From positions 1,054,001 through 1,118,000 of the forward strand of contig JAUFOR010000002.1 in the NCBI GenBank assembly GCA_040285745.1: a stretch of DNA of 64,000 nt, in the 5' to 3' direction. Positions 9,575 through 21,196 of this stretch are shown piece by piece. Below the pieces are notes generated by a model, which did no database searches, was not told the DNA's origin, and saw only the letters and a program-made list of their open reading frames with translations. The translations under genes were made by a program, and so were the position numbers. Numbering within the stretch: the stretch's first letter is position 1; each line of letters begins with the position of its first letter. Origin of the DNA: Barthelona sp. PCE. Its lineage: Eukaryota.

Positions 9575-10636
9575 CTAGTGATATTCATAGCGAACGTTCT
9601 CCTGTACCGAATGAGAAGCTCCACCAGTATGGTAATAGGTCCCTTGTGCATGAACTGGATGTTGTTGAGTCTGATAGTATTGTGGTGCAAGATTAGGCTG
9701 TACCGGGGCATATCCCTGTGCAGCATGGTGCGCATGGGCGCTGTGGTGCACTATAGGGGGGTAGTAAAGCTGTTGCTGTTGTTGTGGCATTGAATAATAC
9801 TGTTTGGCATGGGGATGTATGTGTTGAGGCTGTTGGGGAGCGTAATAGTTCTGCTGTGGATAGTAGTGTTGTTGTTGCATTGGTTGCTGCATTGGATAAT
9901 GTTGCTGACGTCTGTAATAGTGATTATTGTGATTATTGTGTCTCCTTTTGTTTCTTCCTCGCCTTAGACTATCCCTAATGCCCTGGGGGAGCAAAACCCG
10001 TGCTTTCCTGACATCCACACGTGTTTTTTGATCAAGGAAATCAATAGTTTCAGTGTTTTTAAAAGCTTCAAGGCATCTATCTGCACCTCGTTGATCAAAA
10101 AACTCTACGTATGCTTGTGAACCTCTGCCTCCACGTATCTCTTTGATTTCTCCATAAGTTTCCACCAGCTTGAGTAGGGCATTCTGGCTTTCAAAGCTGT
10201 GAAAATTGTGATTTGAATCAGTCATAAATAACGTTATTGTGCCTGGATCCTCGGCCTGCGTCGTCCGCGGGATGTTGTACGTTACCTGAATGGGTATTTC
10301 ATTGAATTTCGTGCTTTGTGATTCGGTGTATGCTTTGATAGCATCCCTGATGTCGAAGAATGTTATAAAAAACATACCCTTATCAGGTATCATGCTCTTT
10401 GGATCCTTAAACGTACCAAACTGACGAAAATGTTCAATAACTTCTTCTGGATCCACGTCATTGTCAATTCCCCGAACCATAAGATTTCGGCATTTAAAAT
10501 CGAAGTCGCGTCGGTCATTCTGGGTTTTGTTAAATGTTAACACAGAGGATACGTATGTTGTGTCATTTTCAGTTTCCTCTTGTGATTGTTGTGTTTGATC
10601 AGTCACAATCGGTTGTTCGCCGTCAAATGTGCTCAT
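9575..10636 (-). CDS. Two-RRM RNA-binding protein (Mei2-like RRM1/RRM2) with a Q/Y/H/P-rich tail
   Basis: Motifs RNLMVRGID, KGMFFITFFDIRDAIKA and YGEIKEIR..AYVEFFDQRGA, then a low-complexity C-terminus. Confidence 0.8.
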   Translation of the reverse strand: MSTFDGEQPIVTDQTQQSQEETENDTTYVSSVLTFNKTQNDRRDFDFKCRNLMVRGIDNDVDPEEVIEHFRQFGTFKDPKSMIPDKGMFFITFFDIRDAIKAYTESQSTKFNEIPIQVTYNIPRTTQAEDPGTITLFMTDSNHNFHSFESQNALLKLVETYGEIKEIRGGRGSQAYVEFFDQRGADRCLEAFKNTETIDFLDQKTRVDVRKARVLLPQGIRDSLRRGRNKRRHNNHNNHYYRRQQHYPMQQPMQQQHYYPQQNYYAPQQPQHIHPHAKQYYSMPQQQQQLYYPPIVHHSAHAHHAAQGYAPVQPNLAPQYYQTQQHPVHAQGTYYHTGGASHSVQENVRYEYH

Positions 10637-10831
10637 GTGATTCCCTAAAATACCGTTTTTCCCGTTGTAAGACTCAATTTAATAAAAAACAGGATAACTT
10701 TTTTGATTCCACTTACTAACAACGTTCAGGAAACGAATTCTTTGGGACAAGGCGTGTTACGTTGTTTTTCATAGTTAAATACCACACTTGCATTAAATTG
10801 AACAAATAAAGCACCATTGTTCTTTACTTTA

Positions 10832-12934
10832 CTATGATGGGAGATAGAATGTGCAGTTGCAATGAGTGCCTCGATATCTTGCAATCCTTAATGCACCAGA
10901 ACTAACCATTTCAACAAACTGAGCACTCTGTTGATGTTCAGGACATACATATGTTTTCGATGATGATGTTGAGTTGTACGTAGGTGCACCAAAACTGCTC
11001 ACAGTCTTCTGCTTAGGTTTAAATATTGAAACCGATTCAGTAACAGTTTGCTTAAACTTCCTCTTGTGCTTTCCCGTCGATGACGAAGCAGCAGCAAAAG
11101 GACTATACTTTTTTGGCTCAGATGGTTGGTCCAGAGCAGCAAACGGGTTCTGTGATGGTGGAGACGAAGTTTTCTTGATAATAATTGGGAATTCATCATC
11201 GTCGTCATCGGAAAAAATCACTGATGCCCTTGGTTTCTCAGTCCTTTTCGGCTGCACAACACGGGAAGATACCGCTCTGGGCATCATAGGCATCATAGGA
11301 GCCATTGCTTTGAATGCTCCAAGTTTCTTTTTTGGTTCACTTTTATCCTGCATCTCTCTTTGAGGTGCAGAAGCTTTGCTTAACGACTCCATGACATCAA
11401 ATAGATCATCCGTGTTTCCTTCTTCCTCTTTAGCAGAACCTGATAAAAAATCTCGAAGAGCATCATCATTTTCTTTTAAAGTCTTTGCATCGTGCATAAA
11501 GGACGTTATTTTATGCTGTTTGTTGCCCAGCTGCTTGATAGGCGTATCTATCGTGCTCAACTGTCCTAAACGCTCATCCAAATCGCGATAAAATGACTTA
11601 ACTCTTTCATCTGCTTTGATACGTCTAGGATTCCAGTTGACAACCTGTAAATTGTTAAGGTCACGACACCTAGAAAGCGCAACATACGCCTGTCCTGTCG
11701 CAAACGCTCTTCCAATATCCAGTTTGACTTTATCTATCGTTAAACCTTGACACTTGTGTACAGTGATGGCCCACGCCAAACGCAGCGGTATTTGCTCTCG
11801 CTCCGCTACGATGTTTTGGCCCTGCATGATAGTAAACTCAGTCGGTTGCACAGTATGCTCAACTCCATTGAAGCTTACAACGGGGACGGGTTTTCCTCTC
11901 TTTGTTTCGATGCGAGTTACTGTTCCTGTCGACCCATTAACCAGGTTTGCGTCAAAATCAATATTCTTCAGAAGCATTACTTTGGCACCAACTTTCAAAC
12001 GTAATATTTCTGGGACTATTAAATGGTTTAGCATACTCTTATTCCCTTTATCCTTTGCTTTAAAGTCAACGCACTCGTCTCCGAGCCCTGCTAATTCTTG
12101 TTGGTTTATCCTGTCTACGTCAGCATTGTGTGTGTAAAGAATGGTGGGATCATGAACGTGTTGAGTTCGTAGTCTATTCATAGTATCGTTAACCAGCTCA
12201 TCTATCTTAGCAACGCGTACCTTGTTCAGAAGAGACGTGAATGCTTTGTTCTTCTGTCGAATGATTTCGTTTAGGTTCATGTCCATAAAGTTTGCTTCTT
12301 CCCAATCGTAAGATTCAAAAACAAAAAATGGTTGGCTACCTTTTGGTACCTCATGGTTCTTGTATACTGGTGGTAACTGAAAGAAATCACCACATACAAC
12401 TAAATTAATTCCTCCAAAGAACTTATTGGGATTTCCTCGAATGTTTTTTGCTACAATATTTAATAAATGAAACAGTTTTGGTGAAACCATTGATATCTCA
12501 TCAATAATGAGGTACCTGCAGTTGAGCCAGCGTTCTTTCGTCTTTCTATTGGAACTCTTTCGCAATTTTCCCATCATATCAGAGGCATCATAACTGCCTG
12601 GTCTTAACCCTCCAAATGAATGCAAAGTAGTACCTCCTATGTTACAGGCAGCTACACCAGTTGGAGCAGTAACATAAATCTCTCGTTCATTATAGCGCTG
12701 CCTTAAAGCTTTAATAATAAGCTTAAGTAAGAAAGATTTGCCCGTCCCAGCTGCTCCAGTGAAGAAGACGTTGCTATCTCCATCCATGACTGCATCAAAC
12801 ACCTTTTTTTGCCCTGAAGTAAGCTGTTCATACTGTTCGAGTATTTCTTTCGACAATTCCTTTCCATGGAACGTATCTGTAATTCTACCTTGCCTTGAAA
12901 TCGTGGTTCTTGCCTTTTTTGGCACTCTACTCAT
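10832..12934 (-). CDS. PIF1: PIF1-family 5'-3' DNA helicase
   Basis: Motifs FFTGAAGTGKS, IIDEISM, GDFFQLPPV, KVGAKVMLLKN, QIPLRLAWAITVHKCQGLT and GQAYVALSR. Confidence 0.95.
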   Translation of the reverse strand: MSRVPKKARTTISRQGRITDTFHGKELSKEILEQYEQLTSGQKKVFDAVMDGDSNVFFTGAAGTGKSFLLKLIIKALRQRYNEREIYVTAPTGVAACNIGGTTLHSFGGLRPGSYDASDMMGKLRKSSNRKTKERWLNCRYLIIDEISMVSPKLFHLLNIVAKNIRGNPNKFFGGINLVVCGDFFQLPPVYKNHEVPKGSQPFFVFESYDWEEANFMDMNLNEIIRQKNKAFTSLLNKVRVAKIDELVNDTMNRLRTQHVHDPTILYTHNADVDRINQQELAGLGDECVDFKAKDKGNKSMLNHLIVPEILRLKVGAKVMLLKNIDFDANLVNGSTGTVTRIETKRGKPVPVVSFNGVEHTVQPTEFTIMQGQNIVAEREQIPLRLAWAITVHKCQGLTIDKVKLDIGRAFATGQAYVALSRCRDLNNLQVVNWNPRRIKADERVKSFYRDLDERLGQLSTIDTPIKQLGNKQHKITSFMHDAKTLKENDDALRDFLSGSAKEEEGNTDDLFDVMESLSKASAPQREMQDKSEPKKKLGAFKAMAPMMPMMPRAVSSRVVQPKRTEKPRASVIFSDDDDDEFPIIIKKTSSPPSQNPFAALDQPSEPKKYSPFAAASSSTGKHKRKFKQTVTESVSIFKPKQKTVSSFGAPTYNSTSSSKTYVCPEHQQSAQFVEMVSSGALRIARYRGTHCNCTFYLPS

Positions 12935-13231
12935 TAAATCATGTGTTGGTTAAAATGAAATGCGTGAAAAAATGAATAACAACTTGATTCTTTCTTTATG
13001 AGCTTCCAAATGGCACTGAGCTCATGGGGTAGACACGTGCAAGCAAAAAACAATAGGTTTCGGTTTTTTTAGAAAAGTAAAAAATCTTTCCACATTTGTT
13101 TTCTTGCGAATTCAACATTGTGAACCCAGTTTAAATCCACTGAACTCATCAAAAACGTGAGAATATGACATGCATATGAGAAGTGGGTGTTTTTCCAAAT
13201 ATCTATTTTATTCGAGGTTTTTTTGAACTTC

Positions 13232-14758
13232 ATGGAGAAGCAGTTTTTTCACATTATTCCCGGGAAGCCGGAAGTTCCAGATAACGGGCTAAATATTCAA
13301 GAAGAGGTGGAGTATCGTAGCGTTTCGGAGTTTTACTTGAATTGTTTACGTGAATCATTCAGGGAAACATACATTCCAATCATAAAGACAGTGTTGGGAG
13401 GTCTGGATTGCGCACAGTTGGTTCCAGGAGTATCAACCATTTTTTTACAAACTGGAGCACTGGGCAAGGATCACGAGCTCATCTCAGACGCCTTACTGCA
13501 CAACCTTCCGGATGACGAGGTTACATCATTGAAGATCACCGTTTCTGACGTTAAATCAAGTAATGTCATTCCATCTTTCTTGGAATTTATGAATGAAATC
13601 GATCACGACGGGAGTATTGTTTATATTAACGTGAACTACAACTTCAACGTGGCATTAGAGATTGTTTCGTATATTGCCAAATACGCTAATTCAAACTTAA
13701 CAGTATTACTAGTCTGCACAAATTATTACGGTTTCCTTTCGCCAAAGGAAGCATTGATGCTTAACCCACTGTGGCTCACAGTTCCGCCAGTCTGGGTCGA
13801 AAACGGTTGGGGAAAGAGATTCCTGAGCCTGGTTTCTTTCCCAGGGACATCAATATTATCACCATATTTTGGATCTCTCGATAGGGTACCCAATTCGGTG
13901 TTTCCCATGTTCCCAGAGTCATTCACCGTTCATATGGCGAAAGATAACCTCTTGTTATGTGTACACAGGCAGATGCTAAAAGGGAACAGGATGCATCACG
14001 TTGGTAATAGTATTCATGCTCATGAATTTCACAGCAGGATGATAGAGCCGCTACAGCGCGACCTTCTGATACTGGCTGGTGTAGCAAGAAACGGGTTTGA
14101 TGCGCGAATTATTCTTGATAATGTCGCACACATGGTGTATGCATTAAAAACGTATGCCAATACCCCAAGGACGCTGATTCATTTCAGGCACTTACCTAAG
14201 AAGCATAAGCAGGACATTGAAGATCGGTTCACATACATAATTGCATGGTTATATCACCAGAGGGTTTTGTCAGAGAAGGTGCGTCAGCGCTTTGTTGTTG
14301 AGCTTATCAATTGCAAGGTGTTGATGGACCACGTGTCACTATTATTAATTTCTTTATTTCTTTGTAATATTGTACGACCATCCCCAAAGAATTCAAAGTA
14401 TAATGTTGATCCAGGCCTGTTTTTTGGTGCTTCCATACCCTCAAGAATTCCGACAGCGATGATGATGCTGAAATATCCGCAAAGATTTTTTCAGTACGCT
14501 CCTTCGTTTTGTATCATCATTGTATGTTTGAAGAAAACCAAAGATGGGATTATTGAGCCACTCCCAAAGCATTTCACTTTTTCAAAATTGAAGCAAAGAT
14601 ATGTTAAATTTCGCAATGTTGTACTACCAAAGGTTGATGAAGAAACTCTTGCAGATGAATTTACACAGGGCTTGGGGCATCTGATGAGCATGGGTCTCAT
14701 TGAACAAGGTACTAGAGGTTTCTACAGAACCGATATATTCAAAGCGCTATCAAAGTAG
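13232..14758 (+). CDS. Probable highly divergent origin recognition complex subunit 3
   Basis: Colinear weak matches to ORC3 blocks: VSTIFLQTGALGKDHELISDALL, SRIPTAMMMLKYPQRFF, APSFCI, and a winged-helix end DEFTQGLGHLMSMGLIEQ. Start at the first ATG. Aligned by eye only. Confidence 0.6.
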   Translation: MEKQFFHIIPGKPEVPDNGLNIQEEVEYRSVSEFYLNCLRESFRETYIPIIKTVLGGLDCAQLVPGVSTIFLQTGALGKDHELISDALLHNLPDDEVTSLKITVSDVKSSNVIPSFLEFMNEIDHDGSIVYINVNYNFNVALEIVSYIAKYANSNLTVLLVCTNYYGFLSPKEALMLNPLWLTVPPVWVENGWGKRFLSLVSFPGTSILSPYFGSLDRVPNSVFPMFPESFTVHMAKDNLLLCVHRQMLKGNRMHHVGNSIHAHEFHSRMIEPLQRDLLILAGVARNGFDARIILDNVAHMVYALKTYANTPRTLIHFRHLPKKHKQDIEDRFTYIIAWLYHQRVLSEKVRQRFVVELINCKVLMDHVSLLLISLFLCNIVRPSPKNSKYNVDPGLFFGASIPSRIPTAMMMLKYPQRFFQYAPSFCIIIVCLKKTKDGIIEPLPKHFTFSKLKQRYVKFRNVVLPKVDEETLADEFTQGLGHLMSMGLIEQGTRGFYRTDIFKALSK

Positions 14759-14785
14759 TTGAATAAATGTGTGTTTTTACTATTG

Positions 14786-15571
14786 TTAAAATACCATATC
14801 ATTCGGTTCAGCCATCTCAGCCAACTGGTCGTAGCCTGTCATTAAATCAATACGCGTCAGTAGATGCATCATCATATTTTCATCCGTGAGGCTCAATGGC
14901 AGGAAGTCAACACCTCCAAATTCTTCTAATAGGTCAATCATCGCTACATTAAACTCTTTGTGTTGTGGTGCTTCTTTGTCGAGCTCATCCTGGAGATGAC
15001 CGGGTATGACCTCCAGGTATTCCTCATAATCATCATTAAGATCGCACTTACTGAGGATTGCGAGATGCGGAAGTTCAACCTGAATCATGGTACTGAGACA
15101 GGCAAGCATACCGGCAACCAGTTTCTTCCTGGAATCGACAAAATGAATGTCCATCAGATAGATGCTAACCATATTATACCCTGCACGCTGCAGGTGCTCT
15201 ACGATCTTTCTCATGAATGGAAGATGTGTAAAAACCTCAATCTGACCAGGACAATCGATTAACAAGTAATCTTCTGGATAGTCCCCCAATAGATCATCTA
15301 GAAGAGTGAGGTTGTTGTGTAGGTACTCTAGACAAAAGACTAGACCACCGTTAGGACCAAAATCAACGTCATCTGCTTCAATAACATCATTGATATCAAT
15401 CATATTCCTGATATCCACAGATGGTTCATATGGTAGGTATTCAGCCGCAGGATCCATGTTGAAAACATGACAGTTTCTCTTCATAGTCCTTAAATGGTTC
15501 TGCATAATTTGACAATAGGTTGATTTCCCCGAGCCCGCTGGACCAAGTACGATTTGAGCAAACTTGGACAT
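14786..15571 (-). CDS. GPN3: GPN-loop GTPase 3
   Basis: Motifs FAQIVLGPAGSGKSTYC, NMDPAAE, FGPNGGLVFCLEY, DCPGQIEVFTH and LSKCDL. Confidence 0.92.
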   Translation of the reverse strand: MSKFAQIVLGPAGSGKSTYCQIMQNHLRTMKRNCHVFNMDPAAEYLPYEPSVDIRNMIDINDVIEADDVDFGPNGGLVFCLEYLHNNLTLLDDLLGDYPEDYLLIDCPGQIEVFTHLPFMRKIVEHLQRAGYNMVSIYLMDIHFVDSRKKLVAGMLACLSTMIQVELPHLAILSKCDLNDDYEEYLEVIPGHLQDELDKEAPQHKEFNVAMIDLLEEFGGVDFLPLSLTDENMMMHLLTRIDLMTGYDQLAEMAEPNDMVF

Positions 15572-15695
15572 AAAGGGTGTGTGTAATTAATATGAAAAGG
15601 TGCGAAAAGTGAATACAAGGAAATTATTGAGAGTTTTTGGGATATTCATTTGTTATCGCATTTAAACATTTTTACATTTGTAAGAAAGGGGTTTC

Positions 15696-16592
15696 ATGAG
15701 TGCGTCAGACCACGAACAAGAGTCGCAAAGTCCATCCATGGTGGATACTATTGTTGTGAAAGAACCACAGGAGTTAAAACCTTCTTCCACGCTTGAAATT
15801 GTCGATCCAGAGCCGTTTGGGGAAGAGGATGTTACAGACGAACCGTTAACGCTGGAAGATCTGTGCAACACTCAGACCGAAATTCAAAGTGAGATTGATG
15901 GTGGATATCCAAGCAATTCTTTCATAAAGAAAGAGTTGGCGCCCAACACACACAGAGAATTGAAACATGATTTAGAGGTACAACTGGCAAATTTCGCACT
16001 GACTGAGACGGAGATTCGGTCAAAGAATCAACCTAATATGTTTACTAGTATGGAGGTAAGCAGCATGTATGTTGAAAAGAAGAAGGAGATATCTTTTGTT
16101 GAGAAATGCAATATTTTGATGGAAAAATCTAGAATGAATGTTTTAGACTCATTAGCAATTCCCAAAGACAGATTGAAGCCTTCTGAGGAGCTCAAAGATC
16201 GTATCAGCGAGGAGAAAAAAACACTGGAATCAAAGATTAAGGATTTAGTAGCTTTGCAAAATGCAATTGATACTAATCAAAAGAGTGATGAAATCGAACG
16301 ACGAAGAAGACAGATATACCTCGACATGGACTTTGATGCAAACCCATTATCCTTAGATGATGACAGAAATGTGTGTGGTGATTCAGTTTTGGGAATAGAC
16401 TGGATTTTGGAATTTGAACAATTATCTATATATCAAAAATCATTAATGGATGATAAAGTTATTAAGAGCAGACGTATCAAACCAAAAAAAGCAACTATTG
16501 ATAGGAAATATGATTTAAAACGTTCTACAAAAGATATTTCGTTTGGTGTAGATCGTGTTCAGCAGTTAAGAGAACTCATTGCTCAAAAATGA
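15696..16592 (+). CDS. Hypothetical protein with an acidic N-terminus and a coiled coil
   Basis: 298 aa ATG-started ORF filling the space between its neighbours; no family recognised. Confidence 0.7.
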   Translation: MSASDHEQESQSPSMVDTIVVKEPQELKPSSTLEIVDPEPFGEEDVTDEPLTLEDLCNTQTEIQSEIDGGYPSNSFIKKELAPNTHRELKHDLEVQLANFALTETEIRSKNQPNMFTSMEVSSMYVEKKKEISFVEKCNILMEKSRMNVLDSLAIPKDRLKPSEELKDRISEEKKTLESKIKDLVALQNAIDTNQKSDEIERRRRQIYLDMDFDANPLSLDDDRNVCGDSVLGIDWILEFEQLSIYQKSLMDDKVIKSRRIKPKKATIDRKYDLKRSTKDISFGVDRVQQLRELIAQK

Positions 16593-16689
16593 TAATGTAA
16601 AATAGCAGTTTATTGGAGAAGTAGGTTGTTTCCAAGTATACTTTCACCTGTTTTAAAGTAACATTCCTTCACATCTATAAAAAAATTCA

Positions 16690-19332
16690 TTAACGGTTCA
16701 GATTAAGGGCACCTAACAAACGTTGGTACATACGGCTAGTGTTTCTTCCAACAGTTCTTACATGATCGTTATTAGAGAATCTGATAATATTTTTGATCCA
16801 TGGTGAAATATAGTCGTTTTCACTAAACTCTTCTGGTTTTTCTGTTCCACAAGTTGCAATAACATCTTGCAACGAATAGAAAGCACTTTCTAAGACATTA
16901 ACAGATGTGTTAACCACAATGTTGCTGACAGTCTCATAATTATCATCGGGAACAATAATATCTTCATCGAAATAATCACGAATTGGTACACTATTAAAGA
17001 TGATATCCATATAAAACTCTAGTTCATCAAGGATAACTTCAGGGCATTCTCGAAGAGCCTGCATGAAACTTGAAGCAATCTCTAACAAAGCAACCTTGAG
17101 CTCATAGACTTCATCATCATCATCAATCTCCAGTTCCATAACGCCTTGAATCTCCTTCAAGGAAGGAGCGTAATATTCTGCAAAGTCTTCTTGCATCGCA
17201 ACAGCAACGTCGCCAAAGATCGACATGAGCTTGATCTTCACCATATTACCTGCTTGTTCACTATCCATACTTTCGACTATTGTTGTGAGTATTTCTTCGA
17301 CATAGGGAACAATATTTGGACCTACAGCATCAATGATGTCCGAAAGAGAATCAGTGGTGTGATCGATGATATCGTATGAGTCAACCATACGCAAACCGCT
17401 CAAGATATAATCTTTAACAGTATCCAGATGCTCGACAAAGTCTTCCTCCAAAGCGGTTGCCAGAGGGCCCAAAACTGCAACTACTTCATCTGTGACTTCC
17501 AAAGCAGTGTCTTCGTTGTTCAGCATTTCCAGCATTAACTCCAGAATGGCGTTTGCACTGTCCAACTCCAAAACGTCCGACAACACATAGACTGTAGCCT
17601 TAATGAGGACACACATATGTGCTTGTATGTCGATATCGTCCTGCTCTGTTGCACCCATCAGATTCTTGAGTGTGTCATAGATTTTCTCCAGTACATCTTC
17701 TGCAAGATACGCCCTTCTATCAATGGCGGAAGCCTTGATCAAGTTCTCAATGGCCATAAAACATGTACCGCGGACATCAACGTTTTTAGCATCTTCAGCG
17801 GATGCGCGTTCCATAAGTGTCTCGATCAAGTCGGGAAGATAAGGCGAAAGCGCATTAGTCTCCTCGTTAGCAAAAGGAATAAATGAGTCACCAAGAGCAT
17901 AGATGACATATCCAATGTTGCACGCAATATTGTGAGGCATCTGAATAGCCTTGAGTAAAATGTTAACGATTGAAGGCAAGAACTTACCACGAACCAACTC
18001 CGGGATATGCTCTGTGATGCGACCAATGCACCAAGCAGCGGTACCCTGGAGCAAAACGAGTTCGTTGCTAACATCATCATCGATATCAGTGAAAAAAGTT
18101 AAAACGTGATCAAGGAATTGTGAAGCAAATGTTTGGGCATCTGACTCATCGATTGCAGCAATAATTGAACCGAAAATCATGATGGTAGCATACTGCTTCT
18201 CCCACTCATCTTCCTCCATGTATGCGTCAATGTACTGAAGTGCGATATCGCTTACCCCTGTCGAATAGTAGTTACTGAGCTGGATCAAACAGTTGCTGGA
18301 CGAGGCCGTGAGATTCCAAGTGTCAATGTCAACAGTGTGATCTGGCTGGGTTAGGAACTCACACAGGGTTCTTGTCAGTTGCTCAACAGAGTTAGCCAGG
18401 ATTGACAGTTTGGGATCAATGCGGTGGATGTCACTCGCCTTTGCGATGATTGTAAAGAAATCAAGGCATTGAATGATGATATCCTCAATTTCACAAGTCA
18501 AAATTTCCATGATATTTTCAACAACTGGTTGAATAAGGTCTAGAATCTCCAGATAGTAATGAGTGGTGATTTGGTTCATACACCGAATTGAAATAATGGC
18601 AGATTTTTCAGATTCTTGGAACATTTGCATCACCGATTGAACCAGTATTTCTGCTTTTTCTTTATCACCAAAGATTTCAGCAAGGAACTTAACTGAGTTC
18701 TCCAAGGCCTTTACGGCACGTTCACGGATCTTCATATCATAATCCTCACCCATACATTCAGCAAGAACCTTTGCGATATCAAAGTCAAAGTTAATGAGTG
18801 CTTGTAAAGGTGTATCCTTACAGAGATAGCCCAGTGTGTCCAGAGCGGTGCACTTATAAACATCATCATAATCACTGTTTAAGACTGATACGATGTCAGG
18901 GATGAGTGAATCCCATTTCTCATAAGGAAGCTCCATTGACCCAATTTTAGCGACCAAAACGGCGGTCATGTTACGGATATCCTTATCATCATCACCCAAA
19001 GTCATAAACAGATTTTCTTTGAATGTTGTGCGTTGCTCTTCATCTAAACTACCCCAATTGACAATTACTGTCTGGTCTTCAGGATACGCATTGAAGAACA
19101 GTGCAATTGCGGAACCAACTTCCAAACGATGATCGGCATCCAGTTCAACATCGCAGTATAGTTCACCTAGTGACTCAAAAAATTCGTCAGTCTCATCTTT
19201 TGACCATTCTACCAACTGCTCTCTGAAGGTATCATCTAAAAATTAGTTGAAAAGTACAACTATGCAAAAAAAAAATAACATACCACCTCGAATTGCTTTA
19301 CGAATGGAAGACAACAGTTCATCTCTATCCAT
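16690..19332 (-). CDS. KPNB1: Importin beta-1-like karyopherin, 2 exons (19332-19284, 19235-16690)
   Basis: HEAT repeats with AKIGSMELPYEKWDSLIP, ALDTLGYLC, TAAWCIGRI and IFGDVAVA. Spliced exon 1 supplies the ATG (MDRDELLSSIRKAIRG-DDTFREQLVEW). Confidence 0.88.
19236..19283 (-). other. 48 nt spliceosomal intron
   Basis: GTATGT...ACTAATTTTTAG on the minus strand. Removal joins ATG 19332 in frame with the importin ORF. Confidence 0.92.
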
Positions 19333-19441
19333 TTGCGATTGTACAAAGGAAAAACCCAACTGTGAAAAAGGATTGAATGTGTATTACACGTTTTGCGGTG
19401 TTTAACCTTCTTCTCTCCAATTTATAATTATCTTTAAGGAA

Positions 19442-21190
19442 ATGTCATACGAAGAGCACAATTCCAAGTTCGATCAGGATCATGCAGCGGTCCATGATGA
19501 GATAGAGGATATTTTAACGGGCTCCAGCTTTTCTTTTGGTAGTGCACCTGTAGAAATGAAGCCGGCGGTACCAAAGGAAATCACGGACGATGTGAACACA
19601 ACACGTATGTCATAATATTGCTTAATTTCGAAGATCTAATTTTTAGAAATGAATACCCCGATAAGAACAGATACATATGAGTCTGTGGAAAGAGCACCAG
19701 AGGTAGACACCAGTAATCATCAAACTATTCTTGAAACGCCTCCCAGAGATGGGCAAGCAGAAGAATTTGCAAATCATTCAAACACGCATTTATCACCTCA
19801 TCAGAGGACCAATGAGCTCGCAGAAGCAAGGCTAACAGATTTTCTTGACCATGATGCCACAGATCTTCTTGTTGAAATTGATAATATGCATGATACCTTC
19901 ATCGAGACTGAATCACCCAAAAGAAAGCGTCCAGGTGAGCACGTGGCCGACGAGTACGTGTCCACCCCGCGGGGATTACCTGTTGAGGAGGAAGTCGATG
20001 AAGAGTTAGCCGACGCAGTAGATCAGTTGCTTGAGGAGATCAATGAACTATCGATTCGCTGTCTTTTAACTGAGGAGGAGATGATCATGCGTATGCAGAA
20101 GACAGGGTACTCCAACGATATCAGTGAAGAGAACATTGAACGTTTACTTTTGGAAAGAGAGTATCTGCGATATCGCAACAGACTGGTCAAGGGTGTCACT
20201 CAACGTGAGCATATGATGAAGGTATGGGAGAGCGCACACGGGGACATGCCATTCTCATCTGCGTCGCACAAGGCGTTTGATAAGATTAAAAAGCATTCTT
20301 TAGCATTGTTTGCAGCTATAACAAATTTTGAGAAGTCAAACACTGAGATCTTTACTGTACAAGGTATGCGTGTGTTACCTTTACTCGCAGAGTGTCTGGA
20401 AGAGGAACTTCCTACAATGTCAAGAGAGGAAAGACCATCGAAGCCGGAGTGGAGGGATACAAGTGTGATTCGAGTCGATCCAACCAAGGACTACTCTAAG
20501 TTGCGTTATTACGACAAGTATCAAGATCCCGTCCGCTGGGAGAAAACGTTGCGTAATAAGAGGTCGATGGATGATTTTAATGAGGACGAAGAAGAGGAAT
20601 CTCTTCCCATCATTACCCCTCTCAAGATCTTGTTGAAGAAACACAGGTTTATTTCATCACCCACGCGTAAGGCCCGTCACCCGAAGAAGCCGTTGGTTTT
20701 GAAGGAGCCAAAGTATAACGTCTACAACCCCTATGAGAAGGATGATACGATTATCCGGGATCGACCACTCGAGTTTGCATGGAGTGAAACGCTTCGTAGT
20801 AACCGCGCAAGATCTGTACCAAAGAAGAAGAAGAAGAAACGTGCTGCTAAGAAGATATTTGATGCTGGTTATGGATCCAAGGATTCCCCACGTAATTTGA
20901 GTGAAGCCACACAGTCAATATCACCTAGACCATTTGAAAGATCTATCCAGCGTATGAAATCAAAGTTCAGTCCCAACAAATCTCCTTCACTAACAGAATT
21001 GAAGGGTTCAATTCCAGAATCGCTTGAAAAAGCACCCACAGAATCGGATATTGCGTTAATTCGTGCTGCAGTCCATGCAGGTGACGAGATTGATGTTGAA
21101 TCAAGGGACGATGTTACTAATGCAACTATTTACAGGATTCAAATGCTGAGAAAATTGATGGAACAGGAGAATATTGAAGTAAAAGTGTAA
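19442..21190 (+). CDS. Hypothetical protein, 2 exons (19442-19604, 19647-21190), acidic then basic and disordered
   Basis: Exon 1 is open from ATG 19442 (MSYEEHNSKF...) and splices in frame to the 19649 ORF. Contains a KKKKKKR NLS-like patch. Confidence 0.8.
19605..19646 (+). other. 42 nt spliceosomal intron
   Basis: GTATGT...TCTAATTTTTAG, phase 1. Removal gives a continuous ORF. Confidence 0.9.
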
Positions 21191-21196
21191 AAAATA

